A program made the position numbers and the translations under genes. The notes below the pieces were generated by a model. The model was not told the origin of the DNA and ran no database searches. It saw only the letters and a list, made by a program, of their open reading frames with translations. Positions 22,161-31,189 of a stretch of DNA of 64,000 nt are shown here, one piece after another. Position 1 is the first letter of the stretch. Each line of letters opens with the position of its first letter. The stretch is from Alphaproteobacteria bacterium. GTDB taxonomy: Bacteria > Pseudomonadota > Alphaproteobacteria > UBA828. The stretch is from contig CAXXVO010000007.1 of assembly GCA_963422645.2 (NCBI GenBank), forward strand, positions 128,001 through 192,000, given 5' to 3'.

Positions 22161-22337
22161 AACCCTCACGCACCGCCCGTGCACGGGCCCTGAACCCCCC
22201 GCGCAGCGCTCCTTCATGGCCCATGCACAGGCCGGTTTTTCCAGCCCGGTTCAGCCCCGAAAACCAGCCGATTTTCCAGGCCATTCGCAAAGACTTCCGG
22301 CCGCGATTCGCAAAGACTTCCGGCCGGCTACAGCGGC

Positions 22338-22430
22338 TACGGCCATCACCGCATGCGGGAGGTGCTGCTGGGCGGTGTCACCCGCGACATTCTGCGCCAG
22401 ATGACCGTGCCGGTCTTGATGTCGCATTAG
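22338..22430 (+). pseudogene. Second universal stress protein, 3' part
   Basis: YGHHRMREVLLGGVTRDILRQMTVPVLMSH*; joined to 14708-15436 it gives 273 aa, the same length as the intact paralog. Confidence 0.9.
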
Positions 22431-23881
22431 CTGGGACAAATGTCGCGGCGCAAAGCCTCTGCAAGTGCGGCCACCACAGGGCCGAACGCCGGGCGTTCCG
22501 TCGGATCGGGCAAGATCTTGCGGGCCGCGGCCTCGAGCGCGGCCAGTGGCGCAGGCACGGGCCGGTCGGTAACGTCCAGGGCGCGGAGCGCGATCGGCAC
22601 GAGGCTGGCAAGCGCCATATCGAGGCACTGGCCGGCGCGATCCTGCTTGGACCATGCCAGAAACACCGGGCTCGCCACGTCGTTCTGGCCGAATCCGCCG
22701 GACTCGCTGCCGGGCAGCAGCGTGGCCTGGGCGTAGAGGCGCGCTTCCTCCTCGTAGCCGGTCTGGGCCATCGGCAGGCATCCCATGGAGGGTCGCGGGG
22801 TGTCGTCGTCGGCGTCCGACGCGACCAGCTGATCGGGAAGCAGCGAGACGGCGCCGTCCAGAAGCTTCGCGCCGTGACGTTCGGTAAGAACGCAGAGATT
22901 GGCGCTGGCGGCGGTGAGCGCATCCATGGCGAGCACCGCGTGGGGATTGTGATAGCCGCCGTTTGCGATAAAGCGGCCGAAGGGTTGATCGTCGTCGACG
23001 CCCTCGGCCCAGACCGGGTTGTCCGTCACCGCCTGAAGCGATTCCGCCGCGACCTCGGCGGCGAGCGACGCTGCACGCCGGGCCTGCCCCAGCATCCGCG
23101 GAAGGATGCGGTAGCTGACAGGCGCCTGATAGGGGCGCCGCTCACCACCGTGACCGTCCCCAACCAGCTCGCGCAGGCGCCCGAGCGCCCAGCGATCGTG
23201 CGGATTGTTCCAGTTGTCGCCGAGCGCCGGGTCGAGATGGTCGAGCGGCGCGTTGAAGGCCTCGAAGGAGAGCGCGAAGATCCGAGCCGCGACATCGAGG
23301 CGCTTCTCGGCGACGAGCGCGGCATCGATGACGAGGCCCGTGGCCGCAGGTGATCCGTTCACCAGGCACATCACGTCCTTGATCGCGGGCTGTGCCGCCT
23401 CCGCCAGGTCGGTGAACAGATGGCTCAGCGACAGGATCTCGCCGGCACCGCCCTGGCCCTTTGCCGGGATCATGGGCATCGTGTCCCGGTCCAGCATGGC
23501 GGCGACGCGCCGGGCGATATCCGGCGAGACTGCTGAGTGGCCCTCCACGAAGTTTGTCAGCCGGGCGAGCACGATGGCGCGGACCACGCGGTCCGGCAGC
23601 GGATCGCCCCACGATGCCGCGATCCGCGCCGGCGACATGCCGGCCCACCGCTCGCGCTGTTCGGGCGTCAGCACCCTGCGGGCAAGCTGGCCCGGACCCG
23701 TCGTCACGCCGTAGATTGTGACATCGGGGTCATGCTCGACGATGCGTTCCAGGCGCTCCCGGCCTCGGGCGATCGCGGCGAGCGCGGTGGCGCCGAGCTC
23801 GACCCCTTCGCCCTCCCAGGCCACGCGGCGGGCGGCCTCGAGCGTGAGGTCGGCACGGGTCTCAACGAGTACCGTCATCAT
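22427..23881 (-). CDS. Aromatic amino acid lyase family protein (HAL/PAL fold, atypical MIO loop)
   Basis: IYGVTTGPG, LVNG, YQAPVSYR, VTDNP, NGGYH, QNDVAS; GQGGAGEI where GSVGASGDL is expected. Confidence 0.85.
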   Translation of the reverse strand: MMTVLVETRADLTLEAARRVAWEGEGVELGATALAAIARGRERLERIVEHDPDVTIYGVTTGPGQLARRVLTPEQRERWAGMSPARIAASWGDPLPDRVVRAIVLARLTNFVEGHSAVSPDIARRVAAMLDRDTMPMIPAKGQGGAGEILSLSHLFTDLAEAAQPAIKDVMCLVNGSPAATGLVIDAALVAEKRLDVAARIFALSFEAFNAPLDHLDPALGDNWNNPHDRWALGRLRELVGDGHGGERRPYQAPVSYRILPRMLGQARRAASLAAEVAAESLQAVTDNPVWAEGVDDDQPFGRFIANGGYHNPHAVLAMDALTAASANLCVLTERHGAKLLDGAVSLLPDQLVASDADDDTPRPSMGCLPMAQTGYEEEARLYAQATLLPGSESGGFGQNDVASPVFLAWSKQDRAGQCLDMALASLVPIALRALDVTDRPVPAPLAALEAAARKILPDPTERPAFGPVVAALAEALRRDICPS

Positions 23882-24001
23882 CTAATCCCTTGCCGAACGA
23901 ATTGCGTCATTCTGCGGGGCATCTATCACCGCCCCGCGCGGTGCGGGACTCTACCGCACAGCCTCATCTCAGCGCTGAAACCATAGGGAAGCGGGGATTG
24001 C

Positions 24002-24595
24002 TCAGGCCGGGAGGTACTCCGCCATGGCGTTGCGCAGCCAGATGGCGAGGTAGACCGAGAACGAGTTGCGCACGGTGATCTCGTAGGAGGGCGCGTCGTC
24101 GGTCTGGTGCAGGATCACATGCCCCCTGGCCAGCGACGTCTGAATGCAGGCGCCCGGCCCAAAGGCGCGGGGGTGCACGTCGAGGCGGCAGCCCTTCATC
24201 AGCACCTCACGGGCCCGCGGGCCGGAGAGCGCGAGCGTGGCGTACATGGCGCTCACGTCGGTGAGTGCGTGGTGACGGCCGTCGAGGCGGGCCTGAAGCG
24301 CCTCTTCGAGCCCGACACCGTCCTCGGCCGGGCCGGTTACCAGCCACTCGTCGGGGCCGAGCCAGAGCAGGGTCCAGCCATTGATCGTGGCGGCGGCGGT
24401 GTTGGGCGTGCGCGGCAGCGAGCCGCCGAGCACGGCGCCGGCAGCAGTCAGCGCCTCCGCGTCCTCGGGGTCGAGCCTGAGATTGAGCCGCACGCGTGCC
24501 GGCTGGTCGGCGAGGGTGATGCCGTCGGCGCGCATCTCGGCGAGCGCGTCGGCGAGGTCCGTGAGCGGGCTGCGTGGTGCCGGCGCCTCAGCCAT
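24002..24595 (-). CDS. soxG: Sarcosine oxidase subunit gamma
   Basis: LWLGPDEWL, LSGPRAREVLMKGCRLD, VRNSFSVY; last gene of soxBDAG. Confidence 0.9.
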   Translation of the reverse strand: MAEAPAPRSPLTDLADALAEMRADGITLADQPARVRLNLRLDPEDAEALTAAGAVLGGSLPRTPNTAAATINGWTLLWLGPDEWLVTGPAEDGVGLEEALQARLDGRHHALTDVSAMYATLALSGPRAREVLMKGCRLDVHPRAFGPGACIQTSLARGHVILHQTDDAPSYEITVRNSFSVYLAIWLRNAMAEYLPA

Positions 24596-27593
24596 CCCGC
24601 TTGGCTCCTTCCGCATCGTAGAACACCGGCTCTGTGACTTTGCAGGGGAGGAAGCCGCTCTCGGGCGCGGCGTAGATGGTCTCGCCCTTGCGCGCCCGGC
24701 CGCTCCGCACCAGCGCGAGCGCGATGGAACGGCCCAGCGTCAGGCTTGCGTAGCTCGACGTGACGTGGCCGATCATCGGTAAGGGCGGCCGCCCCGGCTT
24801 GTCCACCAGCTGCGTGCCCTCGGGCAGCACCTTGTTGGGGTCGTCGGTGAGGATACCGATGAGCTGCTTGCGGTCCTCGCGCCGCGAATCTTCGCGGCTC
24901 CAGGCCCGCTTGCCCAAAAAATCCGGCTTTTTCTTGGAGACGATCCAGTCCATGCCGAGGTCATGGGGCGTGGTGGTGCCGTCGGTCTCCTGGCCCACGA
25001 TGATGAAGCCCCGCTCGGCGCGGAGCACGTGCATGGCCTCGGTGCCGTAGGGGGTGATGCCGTGCGCGGCACCGGCCTCCATCAGCGCCTCCCACAGGCG
25101 GCGCCCGTGATGCCAGGGCACGTTGACCTCGAAGCTGAGCTCGCCGGTGAAGCTGATGCGGAAGACGCGGGCACCCACGCCGGCGACGACGGCCTCCTTC
25201 ACACTCATGAAAGGGAAGGACTCGCTGTCGAGTGCCAGCCCGGGCGCCACGGCGGCCAGCACGTCGCGGGCGCGCGGGCCGGCGAGCGCCACCGTCGCCC
25301 ACTGCTCGGTGACCGATGTGCAGTAGACCTTGAGCTCCGGCCATTCGGTCTGCAGCCATTCCTCGAGCCACTCCAGCACCTGGGCCGCGTTGCCCGTGGT
25401 CGTCGTCATCAGATAGTGGTTCTCGCCGAGACGCGCGGTGGTGCCGTCGTCGAAGACCATGCCGTCTTCGCCACACATGAGACCGTAGCGCACGCGGCCC
25501 ACCTTCAGCGTCGAGAAGGCGTTGGTGTAGACCATGTCGAGCAGGGTCGTCGCATCCGGCCCCTTGATGTCGATCTTGCCGAGGGTGGAGGCGTCGAGGA
25601 TGCCCGCCGCCTCGCGCACCGCGCGGCACTCGCGTGCCACCGCCGCGTGCTTGTCCTCGCCTGCCCGGGGATACCACCAGGGCCGGTGCCATTGGCCCAC
25701 GGGCTCGAACACGGCGCCCGCCGTCTCGTGCCACTCGTGCATCGCCGTGTGCCGCACCGGGTCCATCAGCGGGCCGGTATCGCGCCCGGCGAGCGCCCCA
25801 AAGGTGACGGGCGTGTAGGGCGGCCTGTAGGTCGTGAAGCCAACCTCCGGCACGGTCTTGCCCAGCGCATCGGCAAGGATGGCGAGCCCGTTGACGTTGG
25901 CCGTCTTGCCCTGGTCGGTGCCCATCCCGACGGTGGTGTAGCGCTTGACGTGCTCGACCGAGCGGAAGCCCTCGCGCGCCGCAAGCCGGATGTCCGCTGC
26001 GGTCACGTCGTCCTGATGGTCGACCATGTGCTTGGCCTTGCCGTGGCCGACCGGTTTTTGGCCCGGCGCGAGCCAGTAGGGCGTGATGGCGCCGGGTTCC
26101 GGGGCCTCGACAGGCGGCACCGGCGGCGGCGTGCCGTCGCCGAAGCCTGCCGCCTCCGCCGCGCGCGCGCCGGCGGCCGCGCCTTCCGCAAGGCAAGCAG
26201 CAAGGCCGAAGCTGCCATTGGCGGCCCCCGCAACCTCCACCGCCTGCGTCGCCCTGCCCGGGAGGAAGATGCCGCGCTCTTCCTCGAACGTGAGCTTGCC
26301 GGCCGACTGGCTAAAGAGGTGCACAGCCGGGTTCCACCCGCCGGAGACGAGCACGCTGTCGCAGTAGATGCGGTATCGCTCGCTGCTCAGCCCGCCATCC
26401 TCGCCGAGTTTCGCGACGGTGACGGAGCGGACCCGCTTCGTGCCGTGGGTGGCGGCGATGACCGAGCCGGTGTGGAGCGCGACGCCGGCCTCCTTGAGCG
26501 CTGGCGCCAGCGGCGCCGAGGGTTCGGGCCGGCAATCGACCACGGCGCCAACCGTGCCACCCGCCTCCACGATGTCGTGCGCCGCCTCGTAAGCCGCGTC
26601 GTTGTTGGTGAAGAGCACGACGCGCTCGCCCGGCAGCGCCGCGTAGTGGTTGAGGTAGCGCTGCGCCGCAGACGCCAGCAGGATGCCGGGGCGGTCGTTG
26701 TCGGCGAAAACCAGGGGCCGCTCGTGGGCGCCGGTGGCGAGCACCACCCTGCCCGCCTTGATGTTCCAGAGGCGCTGCCGGCTCATGTCGGCCGACGCGC
26801 TGGATCCCAGGTGGTCGGTGCGGCGCTCGAACGCGCTCAGCGAATTGTGGTCGTAGTAGCCGAAGAGCGTGGTGCGAGTGAGGACGCGCACCTCCTCCAT
26901 GGCGGCGAGACGCCCGGCCGCCGCTTCTGCCCAGGCCGCGCCATCCACGCCGTCGACCTTGTGGCGGAGACCGAGCAACGCACCGCCGAGCGCGGCCTCG
27001 TCGTCCACCAGCATGACCCGCGCGCCGGCCTCGCCCGCGGCGAGCGCTGCGGCGATACCCGCCGGCCCGCCGCCCACCACCAGCACGTCGCAGTGGACGT
27101 GCATCTTGTCGTAGGAGTCGGGATCGGGCGCCTCGGGCGCGCGGCCGAGGCCCGCCATGCGCCGGATCACGGGCTCATAAAGCGATTTCCAGAACGACGC
27201 CGGCCAGAGAAAGGTCTTGTAGTAGAAGCCGGCGGGGAAGAGCGGCGCGAGCCGCCCGGTCCAAGCGGCAAGGTCGAAGTTGGCGCTCGGCCAGGCATTG
27301 ACGCCGGCGGCGGTGAGCCCGTCGTAGAGTTCCACCTGGGTCGCCCGCAGGTTGGGTTCGGTGAGCGCGCCGGTGCCAAGCTGCACCAGGGCGGACGGCT
27401 CCTCCGCGCCTGCGGTGAGGATGCCGCGCGGCCGGTGATACTTGAAGCTCCGGCTGGTCAGATAGGTGCCATTTGCGATCAGCGCGGACGCGAGCGTGTC
27501 GTCGGCGAAGCCCTCGTAGCCCCGCCCGTTGAAGGTGAAGCGGAGGCGCTGCGCCCTGTCGATCCGCCCGCCCTCCTTCAGACGAAAGCGCAC
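24588..27593 (-). CDS. soxA: Sarcosine oxidase subunit alpha
   Basis: SRSFKYHRPRG, GGGPAG, EHVKRYTT.GMGTDQGK, DASTLGKI, RISFTGELSFE; GTG start at 27593. Confidence 0.95.
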   Translation of the reverse strand: MRFRLKEGGRIDRAQRLRFTFNGRGYEGFADDTLASALIANGTYLTSRSFKYHRPRGILTAGAEEPSALVQLGTGALTEPNLRATQVELYDGLTAAGVNAWPSANFDLAAWTGRLAPLFPAGFYYKTFLWPASFWKSLYEPVIRRMAGLGRAPEAPDPDSYDKMHVHCDVLVVGGGPAGIAAALAAGEAGARVMLVDDEAALGGALLGLRHKVDGVDGAAWAEAAAGRLAAMEEVRVLTRTTLFGYYDHNSLSAFERRTDHLGSSASADMSRQRLWNIKAGRVVLATGAHERPLVFADNDRPGILLASAAQRYLNHYAALPGERVVLFTNNDAAYEAAHDIVEAGGTVGAVVDCRPEPSAPLAPALKEAGVALHTGSVIAATHGTKRVRSVTVAKLGEDGGLSSERYRIYCDSVLVSGGWNPAVHLFSQSAGKLTFEEERGIFLPGRATQAVEVAGAANGSFGLAACLAEGAAAGARAAEAAGFGDGTPPPVPPVEAPEPGAITPYWLAPGQKPVGHGKAKHMVDHQDDVTAADIRLAAREGFRSVEHVKRYTTVGMGTDQGKTANVNGLAILADALGKTVPEVGFTTYRPPYTPVTFGALAGRDTGPLMDPVRHTAMHEWHETAGAVFEPVGQWHRPWWYPRAGEDKHAAVARECRAVREAAGILDASTLGKIDIKGPDATTLLDMVYTNAFSTLKVGRVRYGLMCGEDGMVFDDGTTARLGENHYLMTTTTGNAAQVLEWLEEWLQTEWPELKVYCTSVTEQWATVALAGPRARDVLAAVAPGLALDSESFPFMSVKEAVVAGVGARVFRISFTGELSFEVNVPWHHGRRLWEALMEAGAAHGITPYGTEAMHVLRAERGFIIVGQETDGTTTPHDLGMDWIVSKKKPDFLGKRAWSREDSRREDRKQLIGILTDDPNKVLPEGTQLVDKPGRPPLPMIGHVTSSYASLTLGRSIALALVRSGRARKGETIYAAPESGFLPCKVTEPVFYDAEGAKRDG

Positions 27594-27889
27594 TATCCGC
27601 CCTCCGCGTCGTCGCCCGGTGCATCGGGCCGCGGCGCGCCCATGGGATAGATCGTGAGCACGTCGTTGCTCACGGTGTCGCGCAGCGCGTTGAACCAGCG
27701 CCGGCAACCCTCCCGATGCATCCAGCGCTCGGCATGGACGCCCTTGGTGTTGGTGCGCATGAAGAGGTAGTCGGCCCACTCCGCATCGTCGGTCGCCGCG
27801 GGATCGGGGCGCGCGATATGGGCCTCGCCGCCGTAACGGAATTCGGACTCGGGTCTAGAGCCGCACCAGGGGCAGTCGATCCAGAGCAT
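27593..27889 (-). CDS. soxD: Sarcosine oxidase subunit delta
   Basis: IDCPWCG.RPESEFRYGGEAH...ERWMH..GCRRWFN. Confidence 0.95.
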   Translation of the reverse strand: MLWIDCPWCGSRPESEFRYGGEAHIARPDPAATDDAEWADYLFMRTNTKGVHAERWMHREGCRRWFNALRDTVSNDVLTIYPMGAPRPDAPGDDAEGG

Positions 27890-27901
27890 TCCTTGCCGTC
27901 C

Positions 27902-29152
27902 CTAATGCGCCACGGCCGCCGCCGCGTGCTCGTCGATCAGCGCACCGGAGGTGAAACGATCGAGCGCGAAGGGCGCGTTGAGCGGGTGCGGCTCGCCGGT
28001 GGCGATGGTGTGGGCCAGCACCCAGCCCGAGCCCGGCGTCGCCTTGAATCCCCCGGTGCCCCAGCCACCGTTGATGAAGAGGCCTTCCACCGGGGTCTTG
28101 CCGATGACGGGCGACGAATCGGGGCAAACATCCACGATACCGGCCCACGAGCGCATCATACGCACCCGGCTGAAGATCGGGATCAGCTCGACGATTGCTC
28201 CCATCTGGTCCTCGATGGTGTGCAGGCCGCCGCGCTGGCTGTAGGAGTTGGGCGGGTCGAGCCCTGCGCCGATCACGAGCTCGCCCTTGTCGGACTGGCT
28301 GACATAGACGTGCACGCCGTTCGACATGATGACGCAGTGGAGCACCGGCTTGAGCGGCTCCGAGACCAGCGCCTGCAGGGGGTGGCTCTCGATTGGCAGG
28401 CGAAAGCCCGCCATCGCAGCCAGGACGGAGCTATGCCCTGCGACCACGATGCCCACCTTCTTCGCGGCGATGGCGCCCTGCGTGGTTTGCACGCCGCTTA
28501 CCCGGCCGCCCTCCGCGTCGATGCCGGTGACCTCGCAGTTCTGGATGATGTCCACGCCGCGGGCATCCGCCGCCCGAGCGTAGCCCCAGGCGACCGCGTC
28601 GTGGCGTGCGTTGCCGCCCCGCCGCTGCAGGGCGCCGCCCATGATCGGGTAGCGCGTCTTCACCGAGGTGTTGAGGATCGGGCAGAACGCCTTGACCTCT
28701 TCGGTCGAAAGCAGCTCGGCGTCGACCGCGTTGAGCCGGTTGGCGTTGACCCGCCGGGTCGCCTCCTGCAGGTCGTGGACGTTGTGGATCAGGTTCAGCA
28801 CGCCCCGCTGGCTGAACATCAGGTTGTAGTTGAGCTCCTGAGCGAGGCCTTCCCACAGCTTGAGCGAATGCTCGTAGAGGGCCGCGCTTTCATCCCACAG
28901 GTAGTTGGAGCGGATCACCGTGGTGTTGCGCCCGGTGTTGCCGCCGCCGAGCCAGCCCTTCTCCAGCACCGCCACGTTGGTGATGCCGTGGAGGGCGGCG
29001 AGGTAGTAGGCGGTGGCCAGCCCATGCCCGCCGGCGCCGATGATGATCACGTCATAGGCGGGCTTGGGCGCGGGGCTGCGCCATTGCTCCGGCCAGCGTT
29101 CGTGATGGCTCAACGCGTTTCGCGCCAGGCTGAAGATCGAGAACTTCTTCAT
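27902..29152 (-). CDS. soxB: Sarcosine oxidase subunit beta
   Basis: [53 protein letters not shown]. Confidence 0.96.
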   Translation of the reverse strand: MKKFSIFSLARNALSHHERWPEQWRSPAPKPAYDVIIIGAGGHGLATAYYLAALHGITNVAVLEKGWLGGGNTGRNTTVIRSNYLWDESAALYEHSLKLWEGLAQELNYNLMFSQRGVLNLIHNVHDLQEATRRVNANRLNAVDAELLSTEEVKAFCPILNTSVKTRYPIMGGALQRRGGNARHDAVAWGYARAADARGVDIIQNCEVTGIDAEGGRVSGVQTTQGAIAAKKVGIVVAGHSSVLAAMAGFRLPIESHPLQALVSEPLKPVLHCVIMSNGVHVYVSQSDKGELVIGAGLDPPNSYSQRGGLHTIEDQMGAIVELIPIFSRVRMMRSWAGIVDVCPDSSPVIGKTPVEGLFINGGWGTGGFKATPGSGWVLAHTIATGEPHPLNAPFALDRFTSGALIDEHAAAAVAH

Positions 29153-29328
29153 CTACGGATGCCCGAATACAGGAAGCGCCCGGCCGTGTCACTCGCTTGC
29201 CGCAGGCCGACCAGGCCGGCGCCGATGTCCTCAGGGTCCGCCTTGAGCCGGGTCGACGTGAAATTGCCGAAAACGGCATATTGTAGTTAGTCATTTTCCG
29301 TTTTCGGCACACATTAACGACATGACTT

Positions 29329-30653
29329 CACTAGTGTCCCATTAAAACTACAATAGAATCAGTTGCTTATCTTCGCGGCTCTGGCCCACCGGGAGTGCCT
29401 TATGCGTAAGTAGCGCATTGAGCGGGATTTTTTCGAACAGGGTGAGGCTCAGGGTCTGTAGAATTGTGTAGAGGCTGGCATCGAGTCTCAACCTCTTCTT
29501 GATGATGGCAATCAGGACGTAGACGGAGACTGCGATCCAGATTTGGGTCTTTACGGCATTTTCGGAGGTGCCGAAGAAGGCCTTGATGCGGAGGTTTTGC
29601 TTGATCCATTTGAAGAAGAGTTCGACCTGCCAGCGATAGCGGTAGAGCTCTGCGACGGTGAGGGGCGGAACAGCGAAGTTGTTGGTCAGGAAGTTGAAGG
29701 TCTTGTTGGTTTCAGTATCCTTGTAGCCGACCCTGCGGAGCGGCTTTGGGTAGCGGCTTTTGCTCGCCTTTCCGGTCAGGACGATGGTTTGATCGCAACG
29801 CAGTCCGGCGTCTTTGTCGACGGTACGGGAGTATTGGCGCCGGTATTTCGTGTTGGCCTTTGCGCGGATGACGAAGAAGCTTCCCGCCATATCCAGGGCG
29901 TTGAGGCGCTTGAAGTCGAGGTAGGCGCGATCCATGATGTAGAAGGCGCCGGGCTCCGGAATGATGATGTCCAGGACATTCACATCGCCGAGCTTGCCGT
30001 CGGAGATGTGAATGAAGGCCGGGATACTGCCCTGCAAGTCAAGGAGAGTGTGAAGCTTGACGGCCGACTTGGTTGAGCGGAACAGAGCCCAGGGGAAGAC
30101 CGACAGGCACAGATCGATGGTCGACGCGTCGAGAGCGTACACGGTATTGTCGAGTTGAAGACCGAGGTCCTCGCCGGCATAGAGTGGGCGTGCGATGTCG
30201 ATCAGTTCCTGGGCGAACTCGGCATAGATGCGCCAGTCGCGTTGCGCGTTGGCGTTCGCTAAAGTGTTGCGCGAGACCGGTCCCCGAATTCCCATGTGAT
30301 AAAGCTTGTTATTCTGGGCACGCAGACAAATCTCGATGTCGCGCAGGCTTTCTCGATAGGACAATTGTGCGAAGGCCATGCAGAAAAACTGGCTCAGGCA
30401 TGAGAACGATTTGACGTACCGATTACCATCGTATTGTTCGACGCATTTGCGGAACGAATGCAGGGGCAGATGGTCCATCACCTGCGAGAAGACAAGTTGT
30501 CCCGTGGACATGACCGGGCTCCCTCTGGATCGGAGAACCCAGCCTCGGCACTCGCGCCGGCCACTTCAAGTCGGTAACAGCGCGAAATGGCGCTTAATCG
30601 CGCTTTGTCAATAACTTAACAAGGGTCTCTCCAATTTTCTTGGGACACTAGTG
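29329..30653 (-). mobile_element. IS4-family insertion sequence
   Basis: IRs CACTAGTGTCCCA / TGGGACACTAGTG; 9-bp TSD ACATGACTT at 29320-29328 and 30654-30662; lower GC than the flanks. Confidence 0.95.
29348..30511 (-). CDS. IS4-family transposase (DUF4372 + DDE)
   Basis: ALDASTID, MDRAYLD, YRYRWQVELFFKWIKQ (YREK signature). Confidence 0.95.
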   Translation of the reverse strand: MSTGQLVFSQVMDHLPLHSFRKCVEQYDGNRYVKSFSCLSQFFCMAFAQLSYRESLRDIEICLRAQNNKLYHMGIRGPVSRNTLANANAQRDWRIYAEFAQELIDIARPLYAGEDLGLQLDNTVYALDASTIDLCLSVFPWALFRSTKSAVKLHTLLDLQGSIPAFIHISDGKLGDVNVLDIIIPEPGAFYIMDRAYLDFKRLNALDMAGSFFVIRAKANTKYRRQYSRTVDKDAGLRCDQTIVLTGKASKSRYPKPLRRVGYKDTETNKTFNFLTNNFAVPPLTVAELYRYRWQVELFFKWIKQNLRIKAFFGTSENAVKTQIWIAVSVYVLIAIIKKRLRLDASLYTILQTLSLTLFEKIPLNALLTHKALPVGQSREDKQLILL

Positions 30654-30655
30654 AC

Positions 30656-31189
30656 ATGACTTCACGATCCGGGAAGTCGGACGGGATCGACGATCTCGAC
30701 CTCGCCATCGTCGAAGCGATGGCGAAGAACGGTCGAATGTCGCCCGCCGACATCGCCGCGGCGATCGGCAACGTTTCCGAGCGGACCGTCCGCAACCGTC
30801 TGAACGCGCTGATCGAACGGCGGCTTCTGTTCTTCCCCACCATCGCCGACCTCTCGGTCAGGCGCGGCATCTACATGGATGTGGCCATCGATACCGAGTC
30901 TGGGTTGATGACGAGCGTGGCGGACTCCCTGGTCGATTTCCCGCAGGTGGAGTGGGTGGCCTACGGCGGCGGCGAGCACGACGTGTACTGCAGCCTCCTG
31001 GTCTTCGACCAAGTGTCGGCACTTCAGGCGGTTGAGGAAATCCACCGGATCCCCGGCGTGACGGGCGTCAAGGTGACCACTCATCTGGCCGTCATCAAGT
31101 CTCACGGCTTTCGCCTGCGGGCGGCGGACGAACTGCGCGCCAAGCTGGACAGGCGGTCCGGCTCGGCATCCGACGAGGCCGGCCAATGA
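30656..31189 (+). CDS. Lrp/AsnC-family transcriptional regulator
   Basis: DDLDLAIV...NGRMS.ADIA...VSERTVRNRL HTH plus RAM-like domain. Confidence 0.85.
   Translation: MTSRSGKSDGIDDLDLAIVEAMAKNGRMSPADIAAAIGNVSERTVRNRLNALIERRLLFFPTIADLSVRRGIYMDVAIDTESGLMTSVADSLVDFPQVEWVAYGGGEHDVYCSLLVFDQVSALQAVEEIHRIPGVTGVKVTTHLAVIKSHGFRLRAADELRAKLDRRSGSASDEAGQ

Larger units (their letters stand above)
15437..22332 (+). mobile_element. Non-autonomous Mu-like/Tn7-like element (probable transposable prophage remnant)
   Basis: Ends TGTAGACGG / CCGGCTACA; 5-bp TSD GCGGC (15432-15436 and 22333-22337); 21-bp end repeats CGG(A/C)CGGAAGTCTTTGCGAAT; tail-gene cargo. Confidence 0.85.

Noticed and set aside
7739-22332. 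One composite Tn7/CAST-like transposon in which the 8406-9881 transposase serves the 15437-22332 ends
   Set aside because: No TniQ or Cas gene; the 21-bp end motif is not visible around 7430-7740 or 12680-12800. Action in trans is not excluded but is unsupported
22160-22404. Long C-terminal extension of the QueC-like ORF
   Set aside because: Crosses the element end repeats into the USP remnant; codon pattern favours a frameshift with a stop at 22160
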